In this document: piece by piece, positions 51,225 to 64,000 of the stretch
How positions within the stretch are numbered: position 1 is the first letter of the stretch
Layout of the letters: each line of letters begins with the position of its first letter
Origin: Octopus sinensis
Lineage: Eukaryota
NCBI RefSeq assembly: GCF_006345805.1
Contig: NC_043014.1
Location: forward strand, 34,906,001 to 34,970,000
DNA length: 64,000 nucleotides
Direction: 5' to 3'
Program-made: the position numbers and the translations under genes
The notes under the pieces: model-generated
What the model saw: the letters and a program-made list of their open reading frames with translations, nothing else
Databases searched by the model: none
Told to the model about the DNA's origin: nothing

Positions 51225-52880
51225 CATCATCATCATCATCATCGTCGTTTAACGTCCGTTCTCCATGCTAGCATGGGTTGGACGGTTCGACCGGGGTTCT
51301 GGGAAGCCAGAAGGCTGCACCAGGCTCCAGTCTAATTTGGCAATGTTTCTACAGCTGGATGCCCTTCCTAACGCCAACCACTCCGTGAGTGTAGTGGGTG
51401 CTTTTTACGTGCCACCTGCACAGGTGCCAGGCGGGGCTGGCAACGGCCACGGTCAGATTGGTGTATTTTATGTCCGGCCACCGGCACGGAAGCCAGTCGA
51501 GGCGGTGCTGGCATCGGCCACGAGTCGGATAGTGCTTTTTACGTACCACCAGACCAGGATCCTGGCTGGTTCAATTCGATTTCGATTTCGCTTGCCCCAA
51601 CATGTCTTCACAAGCAAAGGGGGTTGGCAAGGGTGCCTGTCGTACGGTCGCATTGGAGTATTTTACGTGCCACGGCCACGAGTCGGATAGTGCTTTACGT
51701 ACCACCAGACCAGGGATACTGGCTGGTTCAATTCGATTTCGATTTCGCTTGCCCCAACATGTCTTCACAAGCAAAGGGGGTTGGCAAGGGTGCCTGTCGT
51801 ACGGTCGCATTGGAGTATTTTACGTGCCACGGCCACGAGTCGGATAGTGCTTTACGTACCACCAGACCAGGGATCCTGGCTGGTTCAATTCGATTTCGAT
51901 TTCGCTTGCCCCAACATGTCTTCACAAGCAAAGGGGGTTGGCATGGGTGCCTGTCGTACGGTCGCATTGGAGTATTTTACGTGCCACGGCCCCGAGTCGG
52001 ATAGTGCTTTTTACGTACCACCAGGCCAGGGATCCTGGCTGGTTCAATTCGGTTTCGATTTCGATTTCGATTTCGCTTGCCCCAACATGTCTTCGCAAGC
52101 ATGGGGGGTTGGGATGGGTGTCTGTCGTCGGATGAGGTTCTATATCGACTTCGCTTGCCTCAACCGGTCTTTGTGTCCAAGGAGGAAAGGCATTCATAAG
52201 TGGGCTGGGCTCACTTGTCCTGCCTGGTCTTCTCACGTACAGAATATTTCCAAAGGTCTCGGTCTCTGGTCATTCCTCAGTGAGGCCTAAGTTCGAAGGT
52301 CGTGCTTCAACCACCTCGTCCCAGGTTTTCCTGGTCTACCTCTTCCACGGGTTCCCTCAACTGCTAGGGATTGGCACTTTCTCACACACCTATCTTCATC
52401 CATTCTCGCCACATGACCATACCAGCGCAATCGTCTCTCCTGCACACCACAACCGATGCTTCTTAGGTACAACATTTCTCTCAAGGTGCTAACGCTCTGT
52501 CGAGTATGTACACTGACATTACACATCCATCGGAGCATACTGGCTTCATTCCTCACGAGCTTACGCATGTCCTCAGCAGTCACAGCCCATGTTTCGCTGC
52601 CATGTAGCATGGCTGTTCGTACACACGCATCATACAGTCTGCCTTTTACTCTGAGCGAGAGGCCTTTAGTCACCAGCAGAGGTAAGAGCTCCCTAAACTT
52701 TGCCCAGGCTATTCTTATTCTAGCAGTTACACTTTCAGCAGCACCCACCCCCACTACTGACTTGGTCACCTAGATAACGGAAGCTATCAACTACTTCTAG
52801 TTTTTCCCCCTGGAAAGTGACGGAAGTTGTTTTCTGCAGATTTTCGGAGGTTAATGCTCCCGAGCATCTGCCACATACAA
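51225..52880 (-). mobile_element. Young RTE LINE 3' part: ORF C-terminus, repeat-expanded 3' UTR, (GAT)n tail
   Basis: ORF 52287-52769: ARIRIAWAKF, LYDACVRTAMLHGSETW, RRLRWYGHVARM, GTRGRGRP; upstream LEVVDSFRYLG; CpG-rich. Confidence 0.92.
51516..52115. repeat. Tandem array of ~157-bp units (~3.7 copies) in the RTE 3' UTR
   Basis: gagtcggatagtgc recurs at 51522, 51680, 51837 and 51994 (spacing 158, 157, 157). Confidence 0.9.
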
Positions 52881-52992
52881 AAACTCAGTAGATAGTATAC
52901 TCTGTGTGTTTGAGTACATATATAAATTTGCAACTCTCTTTATCTTTCTCTCTGTGTGTACACACATACATATACATATACACATATGCCCG

Positions 52993-53040
<48 letters not shown>

Positions 53041-54170
53041 TATAGACAGGCAGACATATACACGCATACATATATACATGTTCACACATATGTGTATGAG
53101 TGAGAATATGCATATTTGTAGGTGCACAAATACAAATCTATTTTGAATTTTTCTAAATCACAGTTGCTTTTACCTTTTCATATTTTTAACTAATACAGAA
53201 TACAATGCAAAAAAAAAAAAAAAAAAAAAAACTACTCATATAGTTTTAGCAGAAGGTAGATATGTGTATATGCAAATATGTGTGTGTGTGCACGTGTGCA
53301 AATGTAGATAACTGCTTGTTCTTTTCTTTTTGTTTTTAATTAAAAAAATATTTTAAAATCAGTGCAGGTAATATGAAAATCAAATATTTTCTAATGGTTA
53401 CTCATAAACAAAACAACTACTAAATTGATAATATAACTATTTCAGATTGAAAATTAAAAGTAAAAATTAAATACTGTGATATTTTCTTTTTAATATATAG
53501 CATATTTATTGATATAAATATATCAGTTATACTCCCTAAAACATAATAACACAAATATATACAGGCTTGTATATGTCTCTACAATAACATTTCTCGTAAC
53601 AAATACAGATAATTATGCAATTGATCGGCTTTTGCAAAATCTATTGGAATAAGGGAAGTAACTCAAATATTTAATTCATTAAAAGCTCATTTATGAATTG
53701 ACGATTTTTTTAAAGCATTTCTCTTGATTAACACACTTACTTAGATTGACACAAGACCTACGATTACGGGGAAAGTAAGGGAAGATAAATCTACCTGCAA
53801 CATATAAGCCTCTTTTTTTTATAGATCACTAAGAGAAATCAAATGGCTATAAACGGTAAATCAAGATATAAATGTAAGGCTTGACAGCCTGGGGAAATAA
53901 GTCTATTTTATCATTTGTTTCAGTCACTGGAGTGTGGCCATGCTGGGGCACCACCTTGAAGGGCTTAGATAAATGAACTGATCCCAGTACTTTTTTTCTA
54001 ATGCCTAGTACTTATTCTAACAGCTAGGTTGCAGGGTATTCATTAGATAATATTATTATTAACAATAGCAATAAAAAATATTTTCAATGTCCCCAATTTT
54101 TCTTATTATTATTTAATTAAATTCAAACTGTGTAAAAAAAAACGAAAAATAAATACATCACAACTTGGCA

Positions 54171-54322
54171 CAGTTCTATATTTAAGAGATGAGGAATTAT
54201 GTACATTATTTACATTTGACAGATATTTTCTTAATCTTTTTGTTGTTAACACGACGTTTCAGCTGGATATACCCTCCAGCCTTCATCAGGTGTCTTGGGG
54301 AGATTTCAAACCTGGGTTCTCA
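54171..54322 (-). mobile_element. 5'-truncated solo copy of the hammerhead-bearing element
   Basis: Near-identical to 42493-42654, ending at the same terminus (plus strand cagttctatatttaagagatgaggaattatgtac). Confidence 0.85.
54248..54294 (-). ncRNA. Minimal type I hammerhead ribozyme motif (family 1), core and helices intact
   Basis: Minus strand: GACAC CUGAUGA A GGCUGGA ggguaua UCCAGCU GAAA C GUC GUGUU; helix I GACAC/GUGUU, 7-bp helix II, ACGU palindromic helix III. Confidence 0.7.
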
Positions 54323-57300
54323 AAAATTTCAGGTTTTGTGCCTTTAGTAGAAATTATTATTATTATTATTATTATTAATAATAAAGCAGTGAGTTGGTAG
54401 AAATAATAGTATATTTTATCTGTCTTTACGTTCTGGACTCAAATTCTGCCAGAGTCAACTTTGCCTTTCATCCTTTTGGTGTCAATAAAATAAGTCCTGG
54501 TCAAGTACCGAGGTTGATGCAATCAATTTGACTTCTTTCCAAAAATTTCAGGTCTTGTATCTATAGTGTCCTCTTCATCTTATGCCCCTGTGGCTAATAA
54601 AAGAAATGGTGGTGGTGGTGGTGGTGGTGGTGGTGGTGGTGGTGGTGGTGGTGATGGCAGCAGAAACCCAGCAAAGAGATTAGATCCTGCTAAAGCCAAT
54701 TTTGCCTTTTATTCTACCAGGGTTGCTAAAATAAAGTACCAACCAAGTGATGGGTTAATGGTTTCAACTAAACCCACCAACCCACTCAAAATCTGGCCTA
54801 AATTAGAAAATGTTGGATTAACAAAATCATTAAAGTAGCATATAAAATACCTTGTGGTATTTAATTACAGCCCTTTGCATTCTAAGTTCAAATTCTCCAA
54901 GGCTGACTTTATCCTTTCGTTCTTCCAAGGTTGATAAAATATAACAGCAGTAAGTACTGTGGTCAATTTAATTGACTAACCACTACAACCCACAAAAATT
55001 TCAGGCCCTTGTTCTTACCTAAGAGACTGCCACTGCTGCTGCTGTCATCAGCAACAACAAAGAATGTTCCTTTGTATCTGCTTGATTGCCACCCCCACCC
55101 CACCCCTGTACAGAAATCCTGTTAATCCTCTCACATGTTTTTATACCTGAAAATATAGGGGATGGGGTAAAATGGATTCCTCACCCAGTATATGAAGACA
55201 CTGCGAGTGAGAGAGGTTCTCACTGCCTCAACCAATGGCAACGGTTACTTTGTCTAGACCAATATGCCTTTTACATCATAGTAAATGTGGTTTCAAATTT
55301 ATTCCAGTATTGAAACTGGCAGTAAGCCAATGGAGCTTCATTTGCCTTGATGTTAGTTTAATACACCGTCGCCTCATTTATATCAGCAATATTCTTGAGA
55401 AAGTCATTAACATTACAATTTCTCATTTCACAAATCTTTATAAATTTGAGATGCCCTATTTTTGCAGTCTTTTATTTTAAAATCATGCCTACTTATTGAC
55501 AATATATACTCCATTTCACATTTTTAATATGAAAAGACGTTATTTTAGCTTTATTAATAATTTCCACTGGAGGGTCCCTTTCATATTGTTTTGTTTCAAT
55601 ACAGAGCATGGTCTGATGGTTCTACGCTGCAGTTTTTATAGTATCAAAGGGGAAAATATCAGTGAAGTTATATGGAAGAAGCATCTGCATTTCTGAACCC
55701 CTCCACCTACAACTTTTATCTTAGTATTGAAGGACGTTGATAATATTTAATTAATATGAAGCCATTGAATATGATACAGTGTAACCAGCCTATGCTAGGC
55801 TCTTGTTTGAAACTGGCTGTATCAACAATATCAGTAAGGTGATGGTAGTTACATATTTGGGTATCTTTCAACAAAATCATATTGGTCAATGTAATGTATA
55901 TTTTGACTGCTGTTGACTGTAGTCAACTATGCACAAATGATCATCTGACCTGCAGCTTAAATGTGTATCATGTAGGTAGATATAAGCAACCAGGATAAAA
56001 TGTTTATTCAAATATGTTTGCTTGTCAGAGCCTGACTAACAGTACAAAGAAAATTATTTGTCATATTATTCAGTGAGCAATTTGCTGTTTTACAGAAGTT
56101 TTAAATTGAAACCTGTGCCTGATAATATCACTATACCTGAATGCTTTTACAGATAATGTACAAAACTCCCATTCATACACAAATGCAAACATGCATATAT
56201 GCATACACATGCACACTAGGATATTCTCTTAGGAAACTGATGTAATAAGTGAATTGGTCTCTTAATTAAATATAATAGAAGAATGTTATGCATGGTTTAT
56301 TGCTGAGCAAATAGACAGCAGAGACACAGTGATAGAATGTTTTAATCATTTTAGATTCTTCAGATCGTTTTGAATGTGTTGTTAAGCTACTGGATAGGCA
56401 ATGTTTTTATATTCTTTACTTATAAAGAGCATAATCAATATTTGAAATTATATTATTTTATAAAGGACGTCGTTGTTGCTAAATGATAATAAAAGATAAA
56501 ATATTTGGATATTTTCAAATTTTATTGTAGCTAATTGAAATAACAACTAAAGGCGTAATCTAATTATAAAAACTACTTAAGTTTGCATGATGTTGGAGTA
56601 AGAGTTTTTCAGATTTAGTTTTTCCTTTCCTACAGTTAGCTATTTAACTGTAGAATGTATGAATGGCAGCTATTTAGTTAAGTGGACAAAGGCAGAAACA
56701 ACAATACAGGCTGCCTAGGACAATATATTAGCTGTACTCGTAGTAGCCAATAGGTGACAACAGTAACCTCATGATCACAGGTCCACTGATTTTGTTATAT
56801 AAATAATAGCAGGAGACGCTTATCACAGACACAAGACTATTTCAACAGTCAACAGAATATTATAATTCATGGAGCTTCTCCGTATAACAGTCATATGGGA
56901 TACTGGATAAGAAAACTGTAACAATGTAGTTATGATACAATACATAAAAAAAAGGGAATGAATAAAATAGATGATTGAATGGTAGTTGAAAAGGGGTGAG
57001 GTTGATGCTTTGCAAACATTTGGGTTGGCAGTGTCTTTCTTCTTTTATATGTTTCAGTCATTGAACTGCAGCCATGCTGGGGCACTGCCTTGAAGGGTTC
57101 CTTAGTCAAATAAATTGACCCCAGTACTTATTTACTTTTTTAAAGCCTCATACTTATTTTATTGGTTTCTTATATTCTTTTCTACACTAGGCACAAGGCC
57201 CGAAATTTTTGGGGAGGGGGGGGCAGTCAATTAGATCTACCCTAGTAAGCAACTGGTACTTAATTTATCAAGGATGAACAGCAAAGTCAACCTCGGCGGA

Positions 57301-57518
57301 ATTTGAACTCAGAACGTAAAGCCAGGTGAAATACCGCTAAGCATTTCGCTTGGCATGCTAACGATTCTGCCAGCTTGTCGCCCTATTGGTTACTTATATT
57401 GAACTGCTAAGTCATAGGGATGTAAACAAACCAACACTAGTTGTCAAGCGGTAGCAGAGAACAAATGCAAATACACGCGTGCACACACACACACATATAT
57501 ATGCACACGCGTGCACGT

Positions 57519-57558
<40 letters not shown>

Positions 57559-59639
57559 GGCATCTTTCAGTTTCCATATCTACCAAATCCATTCACTTTG
57601 GTTGACCTGGGGCTATAGTAGAAAACTTTGGCTCAAGGTTCTACACAGGAGAACAGAACCCAGAACCATGTGGTTGAGAAACAAAGACTTCTTACCACAC
57701 GACAATCTTCAGTGTTCCTAGAGGAAGGTGGTTTGGCAAGTATAATTCTAAGTTATGACATAGGATTTATGTCAAAATACACCAGGTTAGATCAAGAAAA
57801 TTCAGCTACTGGTACTATGTAACCCAGTACCACCTGTTTCATGGTTGGGTGATTGATGACTAAACCAGCTACCCCACCTGGCTTGTCAAGTGAGGAGGAT
57901 GTTTTGGACACTCTACAGGACTAAAACCAAAACTTATCAAAGGGTGGATGAGTTCAATGTGAGCCAACAGCCATCCACATAAGTGGTGCCTCATAAAGAT
58001 ACCATGTACATGGGCTGGCAAGGTGTAGAGCAAAGAAAAGACCAGAATACAAGTTAGTTATATATGTGCATGGCTTAGTGGTTAGGGTATTTGGCTCATG
58101 ACCATAAGATCATTAGTTCAATTCCTGGTACCACATTGTGTCCTTGAGCAAGACACTTTATTTCATGTTGCTCCAGTCCACTCAACTGATAAAAATGAGT
58201 AGTACCTGTATTTCAAAGGTACACGAGTCTGTGGAGTGCTTAGCCACTAGCACATTAATTTCACGAGCAAGCTGTTCTGTTGATTGAATCAATGGAGCAC
58301 CTTTTTTTTTTTCCTTTTTATAGTGCTTGTCAAAGCTTGCAACAGTGAATTATGCACAGTATCTATTTATGATTCAAGGAAGAGATCATTTATCAGTTAC
58401 AAACATAAGCACAGATGTGGCTGTATGGTACAAAGTTTGCTTCTCAAACACAAGGTTCCAGGTTCAGTCTCACTGGTCCTTGGACAGGTATTTTCTGCTA
58501 TATCCCAACCAAAGCCTTATGAGTGGATTTGGTTGGCAGAAATTTAAAGAAAGCCTTGTGTGTGTGTATGTGTGTGTGTGTGTGCGCGTGCACATGCATG
58601 CGCATACATGTATCTGCATGTTACCTTGTCTGTTGTAAATGAGTGCCATTGTTGTACAAGCAGTGTCGTTCATTTCCCATATTCTAAGAAAACATGTCTG
58701 GCCATGGAGGAATATTACCTTATCCAGGAACAGTTAAAGGCTGATGACAGGAAGAGCATTCAGCTGTAGAAAAAAATCTGCCTTTATTTGATACATTCCA
58801 TCCAACCCATTCAAACAAAAGTGAACATTAAATGGTGGTGGGGATGATGATGATGATGATGATTATAAAAATGACCTATTATGGTGGTGATGATGATTGT
58901 TTTTACTGGTGATAATTCATAACTCCAGAGATGGGATATAAACCACTGACCCTTTTGGGCAGTAGGTTGCACATCCTATCAAATCAGCCAGCTGTAACAC
59001 TTAAAACCATGAGACGGACAAGGAAATCTTGGGAACAAATGCATAAGGATGATCTCAGATAGCTAGAACTAAGAGAATAACAGAAGAATTAAGAACAGAA
59101 AGATGGATATTAGAAAGAACAATGTTGGTGGTGTTTGCACTAAGTAAAATAATATCTTTGTTTTCTTTTATATCAAACAGTTCTTTTCATGTTAACTGAG
59201 ACAGTGGAGAACTAGCATAGATGATTAAGATTATTTAATTCGGTGATTCATTTGTGAGCTCATATCTTGTTCAGACTGACTTTGTTTCCAGCTGAGAAAA
59301 TAAATGAAAGATAATAGGTCATTTTTATAATCTAAACCATGCCCACAGAACTGGTCTTAAGGACTTAGTAATGATCACTACACAGACAAAAAGTGTTACA
59401 CTATATAGAACACCATGTTATAATAATCACATTTTCATAACAGTATTATATTTTACAAAGTAAAAGAGTTAGAAACAATATCAGCAACAATAAGCCTTTT
59501 TTTTTTTTCAGTTAATATTATTGCATTATTTTTCAGCAATATTGGGGAAGGTCCAATATTATTTTTTTTGTCTAAATTCATTTTTAATCACAAAATAAAT
59601 ATTTATAAAAAAACCTAACACACAAACAATAGTTCACAG

Positions 59640-60115
59640 CCTTGCTTCCCAGTTTTATAGGAAGTATCAGAAAGTCACACAGCCTATCATCTTTTTTTCA
59701 AAATTCCAGTTACTTATGTACAAATCTGAAGCTTTATAACTTAGGAGAAATGTGGTGGTGGATTGGGGGTGGACTTTCATCAACACAAGTAGCAACAGTG
59801 ACAATTTCATAGGAAACCACAGACCCACAAGACAAGAAACAAATGGCAAGCAGTTTTCATTGGAGACTTACATGTTAGACAATTGAAAAAGTTTGTTAAT
59901 GGTGAAGGTGGCAACAATGCTTTTACTAAATTTCTCCTTAGTTCACTGGCGGGTGACAGAGGAGGGTATATCACCAGAGAATCTGATTTATGGAAACCAT
60001 ACTGGTGGTCATTTAGGAGAGAGATATTCAAGATGTTGGTATTGGTGGTTGTTAATGGCTGTCCTCATTACCTTAGAGATAACAGAAATGAGTATAATAG
60101 AATAACAGTTGACAG
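59640..60115 (-). mobile_element. Decayed CR1/L2/Jockey-group LINE RT fragment
   Basis: Minus-strand relics ISVISKVMRTAIN and LLNDHQYGF (ORF 59807-60031). Confidence 0.55.
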
Positions 60116-60319
60116 GGTCAGAGAGGTTTAACATCTACTTTCCATACTGGCACAAGTTGAATGGTTTGACAGGAGCTGGCAAGACCAGGAGCCACACCAG
60201 GTTCCAATGCCTGTTTTGGCATGGTTTCTATGGCTGGATGCCCTCCTGATGCCAACCATTTTACAGAGTGTACTGGGTGCTTTTTACATGGCATTTGCAC
60301 TGACGGGATCACCAAGTAC

Positions 60320-60605
60320 TCTTTATGGAGGCCTGCCGAAAGTTAGCAAAAAGATCAGGCAAAGATAGTTGCATCTGTCTGGTCACTGCATGCACCACTC
60401 TGAACTGGAAGTATCCAAATTAGTCTTATGGAACCCTCTTCATGGTAATGTAAGAAGAGGAAAATTTTGTCACTCTTAGATTGACAACTTGATTGAAGAC
60501 ACTCACCTGGAATGTATCCGGAACCTTGGGGCAGTGATGATAGACCAAGAATTGTGGTGGGTGGACTTTATTGCTGTGGCCCAGGTTGGAACCTGGCCAT
60601 AATAA
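60320..60605 (+). mobile_element. Decayed RTE-type LINE C-terminal fragment
   Basis: Reads LHLSGHCMHHSELEVSKLVLWNPLHGNVRRGK...IDNLIEDTHL...MIDQELW. Confidence 0.6.
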
Positions 60606-62461
60606 TAAATAATTGGGTATAGAAAATCTGTTCCAACAAACTCCATCTGACCCATGCAGGCATGGAGAAGTTTATGTTAAAAAAGATTATGATGATGATG
60701 AGGAGGATGATGACTCTGCACACATACCTCACCAGACACATTGACAAACAATTACATGCACATCATCAAAACTAAGAAGGGATCTCTTCATGTGCTTTAA
60801 ATTAGTGCTTTTGGAAAATTGAGAGGAATAAAATAAATACCAAACTGAAATAAGTACTGTATCAGTATGATTAACTGAAAAACTTAAAGGCAGTGCTCTA
60901 TTGTGGTAGCAGTCCAATGTTTCATACTAGTAAAAGAATAAGTGAATATAAACACAGACATATAAATATACAACTAACTCAATGAAAGAGATGTTATGTT
61001 ACCAGTGCTTAGCTCTGGTTTCATTATATTAAGTGGATAAAGGATAAATATTTTCCTTCTGTATCGGAAACCTGTCTCCTACAGGTCACATTCTCAATTG
61101 ACTTGGTACCTGTTTCTGGTAGATAAGTGAATAATGGCTAATGTTGTACAAAATGTTCTTGAATTCACAATATTTGAGCAGTTAATTTAACACCCTATCC
61201 ACTCAGGCTTTAAATTTTGCTCAGACTCGACAATAGCATTCAGCTGTGAGCTTTTAATTTTTTATTCAGATTCAGTGTGTTTTGGATTAGGCTATCCAAA
61301 GCAATATGGTTTGATTTGACAGAAATTTGGCTGATATTTTTATCAGGTTATTTGACCACATAGTAGCTCTTTTGTTGGCTTTAGTTCGGTTTCTAACCAG
61401 GACACATAATTCTAAGTGCTTTATCTACCCTAGCTCTTTAAAGCAAGCTCCAGACATTTTGCAGCAAAGTTCTGAAGTTCCAATCACTGATCACCTATTG
61501 CCTCCCCAACCTCCTTTCTATAGGATTAATATTGATTTTTAGGATATTGAACTATTTGATTTTTCTTCTCTTTTTAGATCCTTATAAATGTTATTTTATT
61601 TCACTTCTAATTGCTGATATTCTAGTTCTACCTCCATCTGCTGTTACAATTGATAGAGTATCCAAATAAATCTTTTTTAACATTTAATTACATCATTTTA
61701 AATTCTAAATTTGAATTCTGCAATTATCAACTTTGCATTTAATCCTTCCAGAGTGTATAAAAATAAAATAAGTACCAGTGAAGTATTTGGGGTCAATATA
61801 ATTAACTAGACCTCTCTTTTAGAATTTTAGCTTATTATTATTGGAAGGGGCACTTGCTCTTGGTGTTCAAGGAGATCTCAGACAGTGGAGTTCCTTGATT
61901 ATTCCTAGAGGTCATCCTGTATCAGAAGAGCTGCATCTCTATCACTCCCACCATTAAAACAAAATTTTTAAAACTTTGAATACTATGAATATTTCCTTTC
62001 CTTTTCATTGTGTACTGTGTATACCTATCCTCCACCTATTATTTTTATTTTATCATTTCATTATATGTAGATCCCAACATTTTGTGTCTGTCTTTGTATT
62101 TTCCCCCCTCATCTGCCCTGGTGGCAAATGAAATCATCATCATCATCACCATCACCATCATCATCTCCCCTCCTCCCCTCCTTCCTCTCCTCCTTTATTA
62201 TTATTATTATTATTTTTGCTGCAGTGAGCTGGCCGAATCATTAGCACACTGGGTGAAATGCTTAGCAGTATTTCACCTGTCGCCACGTTCTGAGTTCAAA
62301 TTCACTGAGGTCGACTTAACCTTTCATCCTTTCGGGATCGATAAATTAAGTACCAGTGAAACACTGGGGTCGATGTAATTGACTAGTCCCCTCCTGCCCA
62401 AATTTGAAGCCTTGTGCCTCAAGTAGAAAGGATTATTATTATCATCATTATTATTATCATA

Positions 62462-62503
<42 letters not shown>

Positions 62504-62533
62504 TAACTATTAACTATTTAATTTGTTTGCCAG

Positions 62534-62767
62534 ATCCCCATTTCTGCTAATCTGTCCTCTGGACTTTCCCTCTCAACTCATGATCTTCAGCAACTTCATC
62601 AGCAACTTCAGCAACAACTTCAACACCAACAGCAACTTCAGCAGCAACATCAGGCAGCAGCCAATGTTGTACAGGCAGCCTTATTACAACAGCAACAACA
62701 ACAACAGCAGCAGCAACAACAGCAACAATCTCCGACAGTGGCTTCTGTGGTTACGCAAGCATGTCAG
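62534..62767 (+). CDS. Internal coding exon, Gln-rich activation-domain-like: IPISANLSSGLSLSTHDLQQLHQQLQQQLQHQQQLQQQHQAAANVVQAALL(Q14)SPTVASVVTQACQ
   Basis: Acceptor atttgtttgccag|ATC, donor CAG|GTTAAT; 234 nt (78 codons), phase 0-0; mixed CAA/CAG codons; the DLQQL..LQQQ segment recalls the Gln-rich region of class II POU factors (inference). Confidence 0.8.
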
Positions 62768-64000
62768 GTTAATTCAGTTCAGTTTTTTCTATTTTTGTAA
62801 ATTTTTTTTTTTTATTTCAATTTCCGAAATTACAAATTTTGAAATTACATATTAGGAAAACTAAGATATTTTCATAAACTGGATTTTAATCAAAATGAAT
62901 GTATTTTTTTAAAAAATCAAACTGAAAGTGAGATTTAAGCTTAGATTAAAATTTAATTTAAAAGAACAAGAATCTACCTCCACAAAAATGAAGTCAGGTA
63001 AGAAATAAAAAAAAAAAAAAAAATGAAGCATGAATTTATGCTTAAATCATATTTTAAAGATGTTCAAAGTTTTTAAAGGCTGTAACCACAGTATCTGAGT
63101 ATCTATACCAAGTAAAGAAGTAATGAGTCAATGATGACTCCTTGAGCTGTTTGACTTCAAGTAACCAACAGGTATACATTTTCAGTTAAGAAGGCTTATT
63201 TTGTAGCCACTTGCTTCTCAGTTTCAAAGCACTAGGTGAAATCTTGGGCATGGTGCTTCTACCATAATTGTTTTGCACCAAAATATATAAACACTTCCTT
63301 CTCTTTAAAATGCAGTTGTTCTGTGATTGGCTCTTTGGTTATTTGTAGTCAACAGCAATATTCTTCACCAGTCCATTCTGTTGAGTGGTTGGTGTTAGGA
63401 AGGGCATCCAGCTGTAAAAATCCTGCCAAAACAGTCACAGAAGTCTGGTGCAGGCTTCAGCCTGGCTGGCTCTTGTGAAACCGTCCCACCCATGCTAGCA
63501 TGGAAGGCGGATGTTAAACGATAATGATGAAGAACTGTGATATAAGAATGAATTAAATAAATGAAAAAGCCTCTTGTTCACGAATGCACGTAATAATTCA
63601 ACAAATCTATATGAAAGGAAAAAAAATTGAGAGCTCAGCTCCTCCAGATAGTCACCTGAACAAATGCTATTTAAAAGTAATGTAAACATTTCACCATTGA
63701 GTCTCAGTTCATTCATCACCAAAGAAATATAAATTCAAAATTCATGTTCATATTTTTTAAGCATAAAACAGGCTATGACATAAAAACCATGTTTGTAATA
63801 CTTGATATTTGGTAAGGTATGAAGTTTCTTTGCTTTCCTTAGGATTCATGTATTAGTAATTCTAAACTCTTTCCAGCAAGACATGTCACAATCCTCTGGA
63901 CTGTGTTGCCAATTGTCTGCCATTTAATTCTAGTTATATGAAATAGTATGCAGCAATGAGCCAATAGAGGAATCATTTACATGGTGACTCAACAGCTAGA

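Noticed and set aside
51516-52115. CRISPR-like array (also the ~60-bp units at 10520-10710 and 47170-47360)
   Set aside because: Whole units repeat with no unique spacers; they lie in an RTE 3' UTR in a eukaryotic context.
54566-54838. Poly-Gly ORF
   Set aside because: (GGT)n tract between decayed family-A SINE pieces.
57845-57980. HDV-like ribozyme in a possible RTE 5' fragment
   Set aside because: Could not assemble a consistent P1-P4 nested pseudoknot by eye.
62523-62855. Asn/Ser-rich ORF from the track
   Set aside because: Alternative frame of the Gln-rich exon; splice phase supports the polyQ frame starting at 62534.

Overview
AT-rich, microsatellite- and transposon-dense eukaryotic DNA; the SINE/RTE/mariner/Penelope repertoire suggests an octopus (coleoid cephalopod) genome (inference). 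Almost all listed ORFs are microsatellite or transposon artefacts. Four phase-compatible + strand exons (18903-18960, 45642-45727, 49057-49230, 62534-62767) splice into the N-terminal, Thr/Gln-rich part of a probable transcription factor, best guess class II POU (POU2/nubbin-like); the gene continues beyond the window. A promoter-like segment upstream (~17400-17580) carries three clustered octamer motifs, one in a heptamer-octamer arrangement. Most notable: a tRNA-headed, SINE-like element whose 3' part contains a minimal type I hammerhead ribozyme, present as a ~500-bp head-to-head palindrome (42493-43030) plus a solo copy with an intact core (54171-54322). A second non-canonical hammerhead family sits at (TA)n tracts, and there are remnants of two Penelope-like retroelement lineages. 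Also present: a ~300-bp inverted duplication and a short direct duplication around the promoter, two mariner copies, TTAA MITEs, RTE/CR1 LINE fragments and many SINEs. Repeat boundaries are read by eye and approximate.
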